A stretch of 64,000 nucleotides of DNA from a virus (IMGVR_UViG_3300032893_000735:41826-105825), one strand, 5' to 3'; counted from the stretch's first letter, positions 23,994 through 34,616 are shown. The notes: generated by a model not told the origin, from the letters alone. Program-made: numbers and translations.

Positions 23994-25081
23994 CCAATCT
24001 AACCAAACGCGGAAACGTGTACCATTATCAATCCACAGTCGGCGGGAATCGCCTTCGCTGTTCGTTGGGCGTCTCTGACCCGAAGTCCGCGTCTCGGCTG
24101 GAGAACCGCGTCACCTTTGCTCTGGCGGACGGGCCAAAGTCCGCTATCTGGCCCGAACTGAAAGCGGCGCTCCCGAAGACCGGTTTTGATATTTTAACCA
24201 AAAACTTGAACCTTCCGGCGGATTCTCCTGACCTGCTAGAGTTTGAGCAATCGTTTTTAAAGGATCTGTCCCGCCGAGCGGACCTAAGCGACATCGCCGC
24301 TTCCACGGCAGAAATGTATGGGCGGATTTGCGGTACTTTTTTTGATCGGATGGTCGAGATTGGCGTCCAGAAAATTGACGAACTCACGGCGCAAACGATG
24401 GCCGATTACTTTGTCTGGCGGAAGAAATCTATACTGGCCAAAAACCCGGACAAAGGTGCTAGGGGTCTCGAAACCGAAAGCCGCATCTTGAAAGAGATGT
24501 TCAACTTCGCGGAGAAATCCGGCCTACCAGCACCCCAGTTTGACCCGTACAAGTCGCCGGTCGCGGCGGACGAACCTGATCCGTTTTCGGCGGACGATCT
24601 GGAAAAAATGAATAGTGTAGCCGAAGAAACCGAACGACTTGTCTACTTGATTTTCCGATGGACAGGTCTTCGCCGGTCGGACGTAGCGGATCTAACCTGG
24701 GGCGCAATCGAATGGGGGAAGTCGGTTCTGTCCTGTGTTACCAAGAAGCGGAAAGTGATGGTTCATGTTCCGATGGCTCCAGTTTTGGTCGATGCGCTAA
24801 AGGATGTGTACTCGGGTCAACCCGCGTCCGAAAATATTTTGGTCGGACTCACCAAAAACATGCTATACTCAATCATCAAGGGTTTGGGGGAGAAGGCTGG
24901 AGTTGAGAACTGCCACCCCCATAGGTTCCGCCACACGTTCGCTATTAACATTTTGGAGCGCGGCGGATCGATCTATGACGTGGCTAAGATCCTGGGCAAC
25001 CAAACCAGCACCGTAGAGAAATACTACGGGAAATTCACTGATCAGGCGCAGGAACGAGTACGGACAATGTTGTCCAAATAA
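23990..25081 (+). CDS. int: Tyrosine recombinase/integrase
   Basis: TGLRRSD, TKK, HPHRFRHTFA, LGN...YY. Confidence 0.9.
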   Translation: MTNLTKRGNVYHYQSTVGGNRLRCSLGVSDPKSASRLENRVTFALADGPKSAIWPELKAALPKTGFDILTKNLNLPADSPDLLEFEQSFLKDLSRRADLSDIAASTAEMYGRICGTFFDRMVEIGVQKIDELTAQTMADYFVWRKKSILAKNPDKGARGLETESRILKEMFNFAEKSGLPAPQFDPYKSPVAADEPDPFSADDLEKMNSVAEETERLVYLIFRWTGLRRSDVADLTWGAIEWGKSVLSCVTKKRKVMVHVPMAPVLVDALKDVYSGQPASENILVGLTKNMLYSIIKGLGEKAGVENCHPHRFRHTFAINILERGGSIYDVAKILGNQTSTVEKYYGKFTDQAQERVRTMLSK

Positions 25082-25097
25082 TGGACGAGGAGGAACA

Positions 25098-25448
25098 ATG
25101 GCTGATTTATCTGGTTTGAAGGTCGGGGACCCTGTAGTAATCTGCACGGCTGGGTATGGAGATGCGCCCGACAAGATGGAACGTTCCGAGGTAGTCGAGG
25201 TCACAAAAGGCGGAAACTACAAACTCAAGGGAAGCACGGCAGTTTGGAATACTAAAGGAAACTATCGAGGTCAAGATCCTTACAGTAGGATGTATTTCGA
25301 CAGGTTCAACCAAGAGATCTGGGACGGAAACGTTAAACAATGGCGGGAAGTAAGAGACCGTTTTCGTCTCAAGAATCTCGATTTTGGAAAGCTACCCATT
25401 GAGACCGTTCGCAAAATGTTGAAGGTTCTCGGAGAGGAGAGTTTATGA
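25098..25448 (+). CDS. Hypothetical protein
   Basis: GAGGAGG RBS after a palindrome copy. Confidence 0.75.
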   Translation: MADLSGLKVGDPVVICTAGYGDAPDKMERSEVVEVTKGGNYKLKGSTAVWNTKGNYRGQDPYSRMYFDRFNQEIWDGNVKQWREVRDRFRLKNLDFGKLPIETVRKMLKVLGEESL

Positions 25449-26872
25449 GTGATTTGAACTGGAAGCAACGGCTCGGCTTAATCGCGGGCCTGATTATTTT
25501 CTTCCTGTTTTTCGCAACGGTATTCATCGACCTAACCTGCGGCGGGTTGTTTTAACAGAACGGGGGTAAAATGCACATCGAATTATCCAAAGCGTATTTG
25601 TGTCTGGACTGCGACTGTATTGGGGATAACTCACGGCAGTGCGCGGCCTGTGGGAGTCATTCGATTATCAGCATGAAGGTTGTGGCTAAGGCAGAGAAAG
25701 CATCCAAATGAAACACTACAGTCTGATTGACGAGATCGTCATTGTATTTGGAGTAGTCGGGCTGGTTCTGTACCTGACGAAGTAACGACAACGCTGGCAC
25801 AACGGTATCAGCCCAAGGAGGGCAAAAATGTACGACCCGATGAGTGAACCTAACTGTCAGGACTACCAACGCGCCTACGGAGACGAGACGGTTCGCGTTG
25901 AGTGCTCCCAGTGTTGCTACGCGGTTTCCGGCACGGACATCATGTCCCTCGAAGCCAAGGTTGATAGACATGAGCGAGAGCAACACCCGCCGCACGTTGA
26001 GCGGTAACGTCGCGATGTCCACAACGAACATGAGCGTAAAAGATAAAAGGAGTCCAAAAAATGGACAACGAATCCGTGTTTGTAAGCATGGTCTGCGATC
26101 AAGTAGCCAAGATCGAGAAGAATATGAGGGAGATGCGGGCCTTCTATATCTTCTCAGACACCCGACCCGGAACCGACACCGAACGTCTGACTAAAGACGC
26201 CGATGATTGGGTAGCGTATCAGAAACTATTCCAGTTTTAGGAGGAGAGATGACTGTAAACAACAAGAAATTCCCGACAAGATGGGAACCGACCGGCTACG
26301 TCTTTGAAGACCCGCCAAAGAAGGATCTCAGTGGGCAGAGGTTCATCCTCGCCACTTTCATCGGGTTCTTCGTGGGGTTGTTTTTGGCGATTGTTGCCGA
26401 CCCTGCGGCTTTTCTGCTTGGGTGGGTGATTTCTACGGGAGTAGTTTACGCGGCGCTCAGTTCGTAGGAGGATGAAGGATGATCTACGAGGAGACATTCT
26501 TCGACTTACTCAAAAGTCCGGGGCATTGGCTGTTTGAATTGTTTTTGATGGCCGTGTTTGATGGTATAATCGGAGCGTTGCTCTGGCCGTTTGTTCGGAA
26601 ACACTGGGCGCATCATTTGGACAGAGACAGAAAAGAAGGGTTGTCCAAATAATGGACGAGGAGGTGTCATGAGTATTACTCACATTTTAGCTAGGATCGC
26701 GCTCTACAGTGCGGGATGGTTCCTGACCGCCACGACTTTCATTAACCTCTTCCGTTGGGCCGAAAAACAACGAACGAATCAGAAAGTGGACTGCCGGTTT
26801 GAAGGGGTTGTAGTGGCTACTTTCATCTGGGCGGTTTTGCTCGGGATTATTTACTGGTAGATAAGGCGGGGT

Positions 26873-29071
26873 ATGGACGACGTATTATGGCTTGACTATG
26901 AAATCGTAAGCGAATGTGACCTCTCAGTTCGGGGGCTCGACAACTACGCAAAACATCCGTCTACCCGTGTAGCGATTGCGGCTTATGCGCACGGAGACCG
27001 GGCCACCAGAGCTTGGGAATCCCATAAATCCCCAATGCCGTCCGACCTGCGAGACGCGCTCGAAAATCCTTTCGTAACTGTCTACGCTTGGAACGCACAA
27101 TTCGAGCAAGCGATTACTTGGGAGGTCTTGGGGATTCATAAGCCAATCGAAGAGTACCGTGACCCAATGGCGGCGGCGCGGTACTTGTCCCTTCCTGGTT
27201 CTCTGGAAGATGCGGGCGAAATCCTTGGACTCGGGGCAGATCAGGCCAAAATGGCGGCAGAAGGAAGGCGACTTGTCCGGTTATTCTGCGAACCGGAAGA
27301 ATCGGGCGGCGCAGATACTTTATTCGGAAAGAGCAGTGCGTCCTTCCGCGACGGGCAGACCGACCCGGAGGACTGGAAAAAATTTGTAGGGTATTGCAAA
27401 CGAGACGTTGACGCGATGCGCACGATCTACAAGAAGCTAATGAAATTCCCCATGCCGGATTTTGAATGGGAGACTTGGCTTCTAGACCAGAAGATCAACG
27501 CTCGCGGCTTGCCTGTTTCGATGGATCTGGTTTCCGGCGCACAGAGGATCGTGGATAAGGAGATCGACCGGCTTACTATCCGGTTGAGGGAAATAACCAG
27601 CCTCGAAAACCCAAACTCGACTGTCCAGTTTCTGGACTGGGTTAAGTCACAAGGGTATGGATTCTCCAGCATCGGTAAAAATTTCGTTGCTCGTGCTCTG
27701 GCAGGCGAGTGCCCACTCACCGAAGAGGCTAAAGAAGCCCTTATCATCCGAGGGCAAACGGCCAAGTCGTCAATCAAGAAATACACCAACATTGCCGACA
27801 CGGTAAGCAGCGACGGGCGGTTGCGGTATCAATACACGTATTACGGAGCGTCACGCACCGGCAGATGGGCGGCGCATGGGGTCAACGTCGGAAACCTTTC
27901 AAAGCCGACCAAGCAGGTTGAAAAGAAAATGGACAGGGCTATTGAGCTTGTCCGTAAAGGCGACTATGAAACTGTTCTGTCCGAATTTGGCAAGCCGCTG
28001 GACGTTGTCACTTCCACGGTTCGGTCCAGCTTTGAGGCCCCCGAGGGCCAACAATTTGTTGTGTGCGACCTTGGCTCGATTGAAAACAGAGTCCTCGGGT
28101 GGGTTTCTCGATGCGACAAAATCCTGAACGTGTTCAGGTCCAAGTTTAAGTACGAAGGTCCGGACCATCCAGAAAAAGGCATCTTCAACGGTATGGAATT
28201 TCCGATGGACCCCTACTTGGATTTTGCAACCAAGATGTACGGTCAGAGCTACCATGACCTCTGGGTGGAATGGAAAATCGGTGGCAACTCAACCAAACGA
28301 AACAACAGTAAGGCTCCGGTTTTGGGCGCGGGTTTTCTTCTTGGCCCCGGTAAAGAAGAGTTAGACGAAAACGGGAATCTAATCCGCACAGGGTTACTCG
28401 GGTATGCCAAGGCGCTCGGGGTAGATATGACTCTAGAAGACGCAACTCAATCTATCAAGGTGTTCCGGGATACTTTTGTAGAGGTAACTTGGTACTGGAA
28501 GGACATCCACAATGCCGCGATTAGGGCTATACGAAACCCTGGACAGATCGTCGGGGTGGGTGTTCCGCATACAGACCGAGATCGGGAATACTACCTGAAG
28601 ATTGGGCATCCTCTAGATTGGGAACCTTTAATCTTTTTCCGCTGCCACGGGACCAAAGTTCTGGAAATGAAACTGCCCAGCGGGCGAAGTCTTCATTACA
28701 TGTTCCCTGAGATTAGGGAAGAAGACGCTGAATATCAGGGACGGACCTACAAAAAGAGTTTCGTCTACTACAAAGGGAAAGAACAGGGTAGTCAGTCCTG
28801 GGGTGAGTGCATCGCTTCCCCAGGACGATTTACTGAGAACTCGGTGCAGGCGATTGCCAGGGATATTCTGGCAAGCGGGATGAAGGAAGCGGATCAAGCG
28901 GGTATGGACATAGTTTTGCATTGCTACGACGAAATCGGGGTGTTAGCCCCTATCGGGTCTCATCTGGACGAAAAGCTACTTGCCTCTTGCATGACCAAAA
29001 AACTTTCATGGGCACCTGACCTTCCACTAGTAGCTGAGGGTTTTTCGAGTCCGGCATATAAGAAGGGATAA
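26873..29071 (+). CDS. polA: DNA polymerase, family A, with 3'-5' exonuclease
   Basis: Exonuclease LDYE, NAQFE, YCKRD; SRTGRW; motif A DLGSIENR; motif B KAPVLGAGF; motif C HCYDE. Confidence 0.93.
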   Translation: MDDVLWLDYEIVSECDLSVRGLDNYAKHPSTRVAIAAYAHGDRATRAWESHKSPMPSDLRDALENPFVTVYAWNAQFEQAITWEVLGIHKPIEEYRDPMAAARYLSLPGSLEDAGEILGLGADQAKMAAEGRRLVRLFCEPEESGGADTLFGKSSASFRDGQTDPEDWKKFVGYCKRDVDAMRTIYKKLMKFPMPDFEWETWLLDQKINARGLPVSMDLVSGAQRIVDKEIDRLTIRLREITSLENPNSTVQFLDWVKSQGYGFSSIGKNFVARALAGECPLTEEAKEALIIRGQTAKSSIKKYTNIADTVSSDGRLRYQYTYYGASRTGRWAAHGVNVGNLSKPTKQVEKKMDRAIELVRKGDYETVLSEFGKPLDVVTSTVRSSFEAPEGQQFVVCDLGSIENRVLGWVSRCDKILNVFRSKFKYEGPDHPEKGIFNGMEFPMDPYLDFATKMYGQSYHDLWVEWKIGGNSTKRNNSKAPVLGAGFLLGPGKEELDENGNLIRTGLLGYAKALGVDMTLEDATQSIKVFRDTFVEVTWYWKDIHNAAIRAIRNPGQIVGVGVPHTDRDREYYLKIGHPLDWEPLIFFRCHGTKVLEMKLPSGRSLHYMFPEIREEDAEYQGRTYKKSFVYYKGKEQGSQSWGECIASPGRFTENSVQAIARDILASGMKEADQAGMDIVLHCYDEIGVLAPIGSHLDEKLLASCMTKKLSWAPDLPLVAEGFSSPAYKKG

Positions 29072-29499
29072 ATTTTCCGTTGACCACCCCTAGTTTGTGG
29101 TATACTTCTCGTGATGGAGGGAACATGACCCAGGAACAGCTAGTAGACAAAATCATTGAGGTATTTCTTCGACCGAAGATCTCAGACGACGAATTCGTAA
29201 ACAAGGTAGCCGTTCGGACGGATATTTGGGATCTGGTCGAAAGATACGAAAAGGAAATCATAGGCGAGGTGGAAGACGAAAACAACGAACTTCGGGAAAG
29301 AATACGGGAAATGGAGGGGATGAATGGCAGCGTTTGAAGCTAGGGTTTTGGCGTACATCTGCGTAGCTCTGGGAGTAGTCTCCTCGGTAGTAAACTCTCT
29401 GGGTCTGTCTTTATTGTTTTTCCTTGTAGGGTTGACCTTCTTCGGGGTTGTTTTCTACCTACAATACAAAAATAACGGAGGTGGGCCGCTGAGTCCAGC

Positions 29500-29706
29500 A
29501 TGACAGAAATTGCGGAAAGATCGGAAATTGAAATTATGAGGGAGCAACAGCAGGTTATCCAGAAACTTCAGCGTAAAATCTGGAGGCTGGAGAAGCGGTT
29601 GCAGGAAAAGATCAAGTACGAATATGGTCTCCTGCAAGGGGTAGGGATCGACCCGAATTTGTTAGCAAAGATTCAAGCCAAGGATCAGAAGGTTCTGAAT
29701 AGTTAG
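29500..29706 (+). CDS. Hypothetical coiled-coil protein
   Basis: ORF in operon. Confidence 0.55.
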   Translation: MTEIAERSEIEIMREQQQVIQKLQRKIWRLEKRLQEKIKYEYGLLQGVGIDPNLLAKIQAKDQKVLNS

Positions 29707-29997
29707 TCCAGAAAATGGCCGGAATTTGTCGGAACCGAAGACTGGATAGACAAAAACGGGGTTGTGTTTTGCTCGGAAGAGTGCTATTCTGAGCTTCACC
29801 AGAGGGAGGAAGACAATGGCTAATATTCAGCAGGCGGCGAAGTGGCTTCGAGAAGGGAAGAGGGTCCGAAGGCCCGATTGGTTTGACGGATTTTATCTTA
29901 TTGTAGGTGCCGATGGGTGCGTGCAAACCGCGTATGAAAACCCTTTTGAGGATTTGGAAGTAGAAGATCTTCTCGCCGAGGATTGGGAGGAACACAC

Positions 29998-30939
29998 GTG
30001 GGTCAACTAGCTTTGGATCTCAGGCCCGACCGTTTAGAGGACGTTCTGGGGAACGAGTCTACGAAAAAGGCTCTACAGTCCTTCATAGACAAGGATTCAT
30101 TCCCTAATGTCTTCTTGTTCATCGGACCCCCCGGCTGTGGCAAGACTACCTTAGCTCAGATCGTAGCTGAAACCGTTGCTGGGGAAGGCGGAAGCATCCA
30201 CGAGGTCAATGGGTCCGCTCAAAATAAAGTTGAGGACGCCAGAGAACTTTCCGAAATCGCCGCTAGCTGTCCGTTTAACGGACGGCGCAGGGTGTTCATT
30301 CTAAACGAGTTCCACCAATTTACCGGCCCAGCCCAGGAATGTCTGAAAGACCCGATGGAGAAAACGCCTTCGGTTTGGGTCATCACGACGGACATGCCTG
30401 AAAAAATCAGCCCAGCCATCAAGTCCAGGGCGTCGGCAGCTACCTTCGAGCTAAAGCCTCTCGCCCGAAAAGAAATCCGAACCCTAATCAACCGGGCAGC
30501 AGGAGAAGTTCTACCAGCCCTCCAGATCGACGAGATCATCAAGGTTCTGGAACAAAGAAACATCGGGGCACCTCGGGAAATCTTGGGGGTCGTGGATCAG
30601 ATTTTGGCGGGGGTTCCGCTCGAACAAGCCATCCACGGTTCCGAACACGAGCCGCTTTACCGAGACGTGGCTTCTGCCGTTTTGTCCGGAAACTGGACTA
30701 AGACTGCGAACCTGCTAAAGCAGATTCCGACTCCTGATTTTCAGGCGATGGTAAGTGTGGTTTCTGCTAAGCTAAGCTGGGCACTTTTGGACGAAGGATT
30801 CGGCACGAGGGCAGATGCTTTGTCGGCATGTCTGGTCGGAATGGCTGGGGCTACGTACCAAGCTGGAGTGGCTTACGGTAGCTTGAGAGCATTGCTATAC
30901 AAGGCTTGCCGAGCGATTCAGAAAGGAGAAAACCGATGA
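29998..30939 (+). CDS. Clamp loader subunit (DnaX/RFC-like AAA+)
   Basis: LRPDRLEDVLG, GPPGCGKTT, ILNEFH, IKSR. Confidence 0.88.
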   Translation: MGQLALDLRPDRLEDVLGNESTKKALQSFIDKDSFPNVFLFIGPPGCGKTTLAQIVAETVAGEGGSIHEVNGSAQNKVEDARELSEIAASCPFNGRRRVFILNEFHQFTGPAQECLKDPMEKTPSVWVITTDMPEKISPAIKSRASAATFELKPLARKEIRTLINRAAGEVLPALQIDEIIKVLEQRNIGAPREILGVVDQILAGVPLEQAIHGSEHEPLYRDVASAVLSGNWTKTANLLKQIPTPDFQAMVSVVSAKLSWALLDEGFGTRADALSACLVGMAGATYQAGVAYGSLRALLYKACRAIQKGENR

Positions 30940-31155
30940 TCAAACTGAAAAATAGCAGCGGGGTTTTGGTCTGGGCTAACCCCGACCAAGTAGCTATGTT
31001 GTTCCAGCGGCCAGTAGATATCTCGGAGAGCACTTTGGTTTTCGCAAACGGAATGGTAGAGAAGTTCAACTACTCCGGGCAGTATCTGGCGGACCTGTTG
31101 GATGGGAAAGAAGTTCTAACCGATTAACCGTCCAGAAAATGGACAAGGAGACGTT

Positions 31156-31959
31156 ATGTTTGAAGTATCGGGAGTGGTAGCCGGAAATATTCCGTATTCC
31201 CTTCTAAAGTTTTCGGGAGGAGAGTTGCATCCTAAACTTCTGAAGAACATAAATGGCAGGGAAACCGCAATTCACATCCACGGAAATATCACATCATCCG
31301 ATGACCTAATGGAACTTGCTCTTTTGGTGGATGCCCTCCGCCGGAGCGCTGTTCCTTGTCCGCCAATCACGGCGTCGATTCCTTACTTTCCTTACGCTCG
31401 CCAAGATCGAGCTTGCGCACAAGGGGAATCTCTAGCCGTCAAGGTGGCTTGTGATTTCATCAATAGCCTTAATTTTGTTTCCGTGGAAGTATGGGACGCC
31501 CACAGTGATGTGACTACGGCTCTTTTGAACAGATCTATCAATCGGCATCAGAAAGAATTTGTCTCCCGAATTAAGTGGCAGAATACCGTTCTGGTGGCCC
31601 CAGACGCCGGGGCTATTAAGAAAATTCTGGAGATTGCCAAACTCACGAGTATGTCAGTGGTACGCGCCGATAAAATTCGTAGCGTAGAAGACGGAAGCAT
31701 TACCGGAACCGTGGTATACTCGGAACACATCGGAAACAAGGATTTCCTGATTGCTGATGATATTTGTGATGGAGGACGAACTTTCATTGAACTGGCTAAG
31801 GTTCTTAGACCGCTGACAACTGGAAAAATCTATCTGTATGTCACGCATGGAATTTTCAGCAAGGGATTGGATGTGTTTAACGGACTTATTGACGGAGTTT
31901 ACACGGCCAATCCGTTCCCAGACGTGGACATCTCCCACAAACTTCTGACAATCATTTAG
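31156..31959 (+). CDS. prs: PRPP synthetase-like protein (Adps candidate)
   Basis: FSGGE, PYFPYARQDR, DAHS, APDAGA, DDICDGGRTF, VTHGIFSKG. Confidence 0.92.
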   Translation: MFEVSGVVAGNIPYSLLKFSGGELHPKLLKNINGRETAIHIHGNITSSDDLMELALLVDALRRSAVPCPPITASIPYFPYARQDRACAQGESLAVKVACDFINSLNFVSVEVWDAHSDVTTALLNRSINRHQKEFVSRIKWQNTVLVAPDAGAIKKILEIAKLTSMSVVRADKIRSVEDGSITGTVVYSEHIGNKDFLIADDICDGGRTFIELAKVLRPLTTGKIYLYVTHGIFSKGLDVFNGLIDGVYTANPFPDVDISHKLLTII

Positions 31960-31967
31960 GAGGCAAT

Positions 31968-33437
31968 GTGAACATCTTCCCGCCGCACGCGACGGACTTT
32001 TACAAAACCGGACATATTCGCCAGTACCCCGAAGGTACCGAATACGTCTACTCTAATTGGACTTGCCGAAGCGACAAATGGGCGCAAGTTCTCCCAGATT
32101 TTGACCATAAGATAGTATTCTTTGGCCTGCAAGGAGTATGCAAGTGGCTGCTGATTGACTTGTGGAACGACAACTTTTTCCATCAGCCGAAAGAAGTTGT
32201 TCTTGACAAGTACAAACGGAGGATGGACGCGGCGTTGGGTTCCGGGGCGGTCGGTACGGAGCACATCTCGGCACTTCATGATCTCGGATACCTTCCTGTG
32301 CGCATTAAGGCGCTTCCAGAGGGGAGTAGGGTCGATGTTCGAGTTCCCATGTGGACCATCGTAAACACGAAGCCGGAGTTCTTCTGGGTGACTAATTACC
32401 TAGAGACACAGCTTAGTGCGGAATTGTGGCAAGCCATGACCAGTGCAACGACGGCGTATGAATACCGTCGTTTGTTTGAAAAGTACGCAGAGACGACAGG
32501 AGCTAACAAGGATTTCATTCCTTGGCAGGGGCATGATTTCAGCTTCAGAGGAATGAGCAGCATCGGTAGCGCCGTTCAAAGCGGGGCAGGCCACTTGCTC
32601 AGCTTTAAGGGAACAGACACCATCTCGGCTATTGACTATCTGGATGAATACTACGAATCAAAGTGGTCTTTGATAGGCGGGAGTGTCCCTGCTACGGAAC
32701 ATTCTGTAATGTGCATGGGTGGGTTTTTGGGAGAGGAAGATACCTACCGTCGTTTGATCGAGGAGGTGTATCCTTATGGCGTCGTCAGTATCGTAAGCGA
32801 CACGTGGGATTTCTGGCATATAATGACCGATACAGTCCCTCGTCTGAAGCCGTCGATTATGGCACGAAACGGAAAAGTAGTTTTCCGCCCAGACAGCGGT
32901 GATCCAGTTAAGATAATCTGCGGAGACCCTAGTGCCGACCTTGGAACACCGGAGCGCCGAGGAGCAGTAAGTATTTTGTGGGACGAATTCGGGGGAACCA
33001 CCACCGACAAGGGGTACAAAACCCTAGACAGCCACGTCGGTTTGATTTACGGAGACAGTATCAGTCTGGATCGGGCGGGGCAAATATTCGAACAGCTAAA
33101 AGCGAAGGGATTCTCTAGTGACAATATCGTGTTCGGTATAGGAAGCTTCACCTACCAGCACGTCACGCGGGATACTTTTGGAACGGCCATTAAGGCTACT
33201 TGGGGAGTAGTGAACGGGCAAGAACGTGATCTATTCAAAGATCCGAAGACTGACAATGGCGTGAAGAAATCGGCTTGCGGATTGATTCGGGTGGAGTTTG
33301 AGAACGGTCATTACGTCCTCTACGACCATCAAACAAAAGAACAAGAAGAAGGTGGTCTACTTGAAACTGTATTCTTGGACGGAAAGATAGTCAAGAATCA
33401 GACTTTACAGGAGATCAGAACTAGGATGGCAGAATAA
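31968..33437 (+). CDS. nadV: Nicotinamide phosphoribosyltransferase-like protein (Namat candidate)
   Basis: TDFYKTGH, HDFSFRG, PATEHSVMC, SIVSDTWD, RPDSGDP, IYGDSI, KDPKTD. Confidence 0.92.
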   Translation: MNIFPPHATDFYKTGHIRQYPEGTEYVYSNWTCRSDKWAQVLPDFDHKIVFFGLQGVCKWLLIDLWNDNFFHQPKEVVLDKYKRRMDAALGSGAVGTEHISALHDLGYLPVRIKALPEGSRVDVRVPMWTIVNTKPEFFWVTNYLETQLSAELWQAMTSATTAYEYRRLFEKYAETTGANKDFIPWQGHDFSFRGMSSIGSAVQSGAGHLLSFKGTDTISAIDYLDEYYESKWSLIGGSVPATEHSVMCMGGFLGEEDTYRRLIEEVYPYGVVSIVSDTWDFWHIMTDTVPRLKPSIMARNGKVVFRPDSGDPVKIICGDPSADLGTPERRGAVSILWDEFGGTTTDKGYKTLDSHVGLIYGDSISLDRAGQIFEQLKAKGFSSDNIVFGIGSFTYQHVTRDTFGTAIKATWGVVNGQERDLFKDPKTDNGVKKSACGLIRVEFENGHYVLYDHQTKEQEEGGLLETVFLDGKIVKNQTLQEIRTRMAE

Positions 33438-33466
33438 CCGTCCAGAAAATGGACAAAGGAGAAGGT

Positions 33467-33811
33467 ATGAAGCTGGTAATCTCACTCGACTACAGTACGT
33501 TTCTGGCAATTCCTGCGGAGCAAGCCGGTATTGTTGTCCCCGCATTGAGCCAAGCGACGTATGTTTCCAAGAACTATAACGAAAAAACCTACAAACCCGA
33601 CGAGGCGCGTACTCTTGACTTTAAGTTCGAGCCGGACAGCATGTTCGAGGAGGCCCCCGACGCGATCACGGCAATTCAGAAGTCCAGGGACGAGAGCGAA
33701 CAGAAGTACCTGAAGGAATGGACCAAGGGACAGGAACTCCAGAAGGAAATCGTAGAGTTGAAGAAGAAGTTGGAGGCTCTGAAAACCGCCGTAACTGAGG
33801 AGGCTTTGTGA
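33467..33811 (+). CDS. Hypothetical protein
   Basis: GGAG RBS after a palindrome copy; C-terminal coiled coil. Confidence 0.65.
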   Translation: MKLVISLDYSTFLAIPAEQAGIVVPALSQATYVSKNYNEKTYKPDEARTLDFKFEPDSMFEEAPDAITAIQKSRDESEQKYLKEWTKGQELQKEIVELKKKLEALKTAVTEEAL

Positions 33812-34083
33812 CAGAATATGAACCTTACGATCCAGAAGAAGGTGAAGACCTATACATGAAAGATCCCGAATCCCAATCGATTAAGGGGTTCAAAGAGGCT
33901 CTAGACATCTTCGCTAAGTATGCCAAAAAAGGCGACTTAGAAAGATTCTTCTGTGGCGCGGAGCATGATATTATCTACATGTACACGGACACCGATACCC
34001 TACACCCGAATTCTCCAGACGGAAAGAGACTTCGGGAACTAGGCTTCCACGTATCGGATGATGCCTGGGCGTACTTCACTTAA
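33808..34083 (+). CDS. Hypothetical protein
   Basis: GAGGAGG RBS; AEHDIIY motif. Confidence 0.7.
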   Translation: MTEYEPYDPEEGEDLYMKDPESQSIKGFKEALDIFAKYAKKGDLERFFCGAEHDIIYMYTDTDTLHPNSPDGKRLRELGFHVSDDAWAYFT

Positions 34084-34088
34084 CCCAA

Positions 34089-34118
34089 AGGCCCCAAAAT
34101 ATCGGGGCCTAATTTTTT
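34089..34118 (+). terminator. Intrinsic terminator
   Basis: AGGCCCC-loop-GGGGCCT followed by a T run. Confidence 0.7.
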
Positions 34119-34126
34119 GAAATATG

Positions 34127-34154
34127 TTGACAAATCTCGGAAGCGTGATAGTAT
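34127..34154 (+). promoter_or_regulatory. Sigma70-type promoter
   Basis: TTGACA-16-(TGa)TAGTAT. Confidence 0.7.
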
Positions 34155-34160
34155 TGTTCT

Positions 34161-34313
34161 AGGTGGTTCTGATTTGTTTCGTTGGGACTGGCCAGTCCCC
34201 TGCTCTGCGGGTCTCGAATCCCGCCCGGTATGCATGTAGTCGGTCCTAGGAAACCGCTATACACCGCAGAGACGCGAAAGCGTTAGGTAGGCCGAAACAA
34301 ACCGGAACCATCT
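34161..34313 (+). ncRNA. Candidate structured ncRNA of about 150 nt
   Basis: 5' AGGTGGTTC..TTTGTTTCG pairs with 3' CGAAACAAA..GAACCATCT; internal stems GGGACT/AGTCCC, CTCTGCGG/CCGCAGAG, ACGC-GAAA-GCGT; starts at the predicted +1. Confidence 0.7.
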
Positions 34314-34344
34314 GTTTCATCCATTTTATGGAAAAGGAGGCATC

Positions 34345-34611
34345 ATGAAACAAATCGTAACAGTCACCGAAGTCGAAGGAGAGGGTCTTGAGGCTCTCTT
34401 GGGGCAGAATGTTTTGCTGTTCTGCATGAACTACATATACGCCGGAAAGCTGGTAGGCGTGAATACAACCTTTGTCAAGATTGAAGGGGCTAAGATCGTG
34501 TTTGAAACTGGTCCTTTCTCGGATAAATCGTACAAGGACGCACAGAATCTTCCGGCGTCGGAGTGGTATGTCCAAACCTCCGCTATCGAGTCTTTCGGAC
34601 TCGGAAAGTAG
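34345..34611 (+). CDS. Hypothetical protein (small Sm/DUF6948-like fold possible)
   Basis: AGGAGG RBS; YIYAGKLVGVN. Confidence 0.75.
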   Translation: MKQIVTVTEVEGEGLEALLGQNVLLFCMNYIYAGKLVGVNTTFVKIEGAKIVFETGPFSDKSYKDAQNLPASEWYVQTSAIESFGLGK

Positions 34612-34616
34612 GTTTT

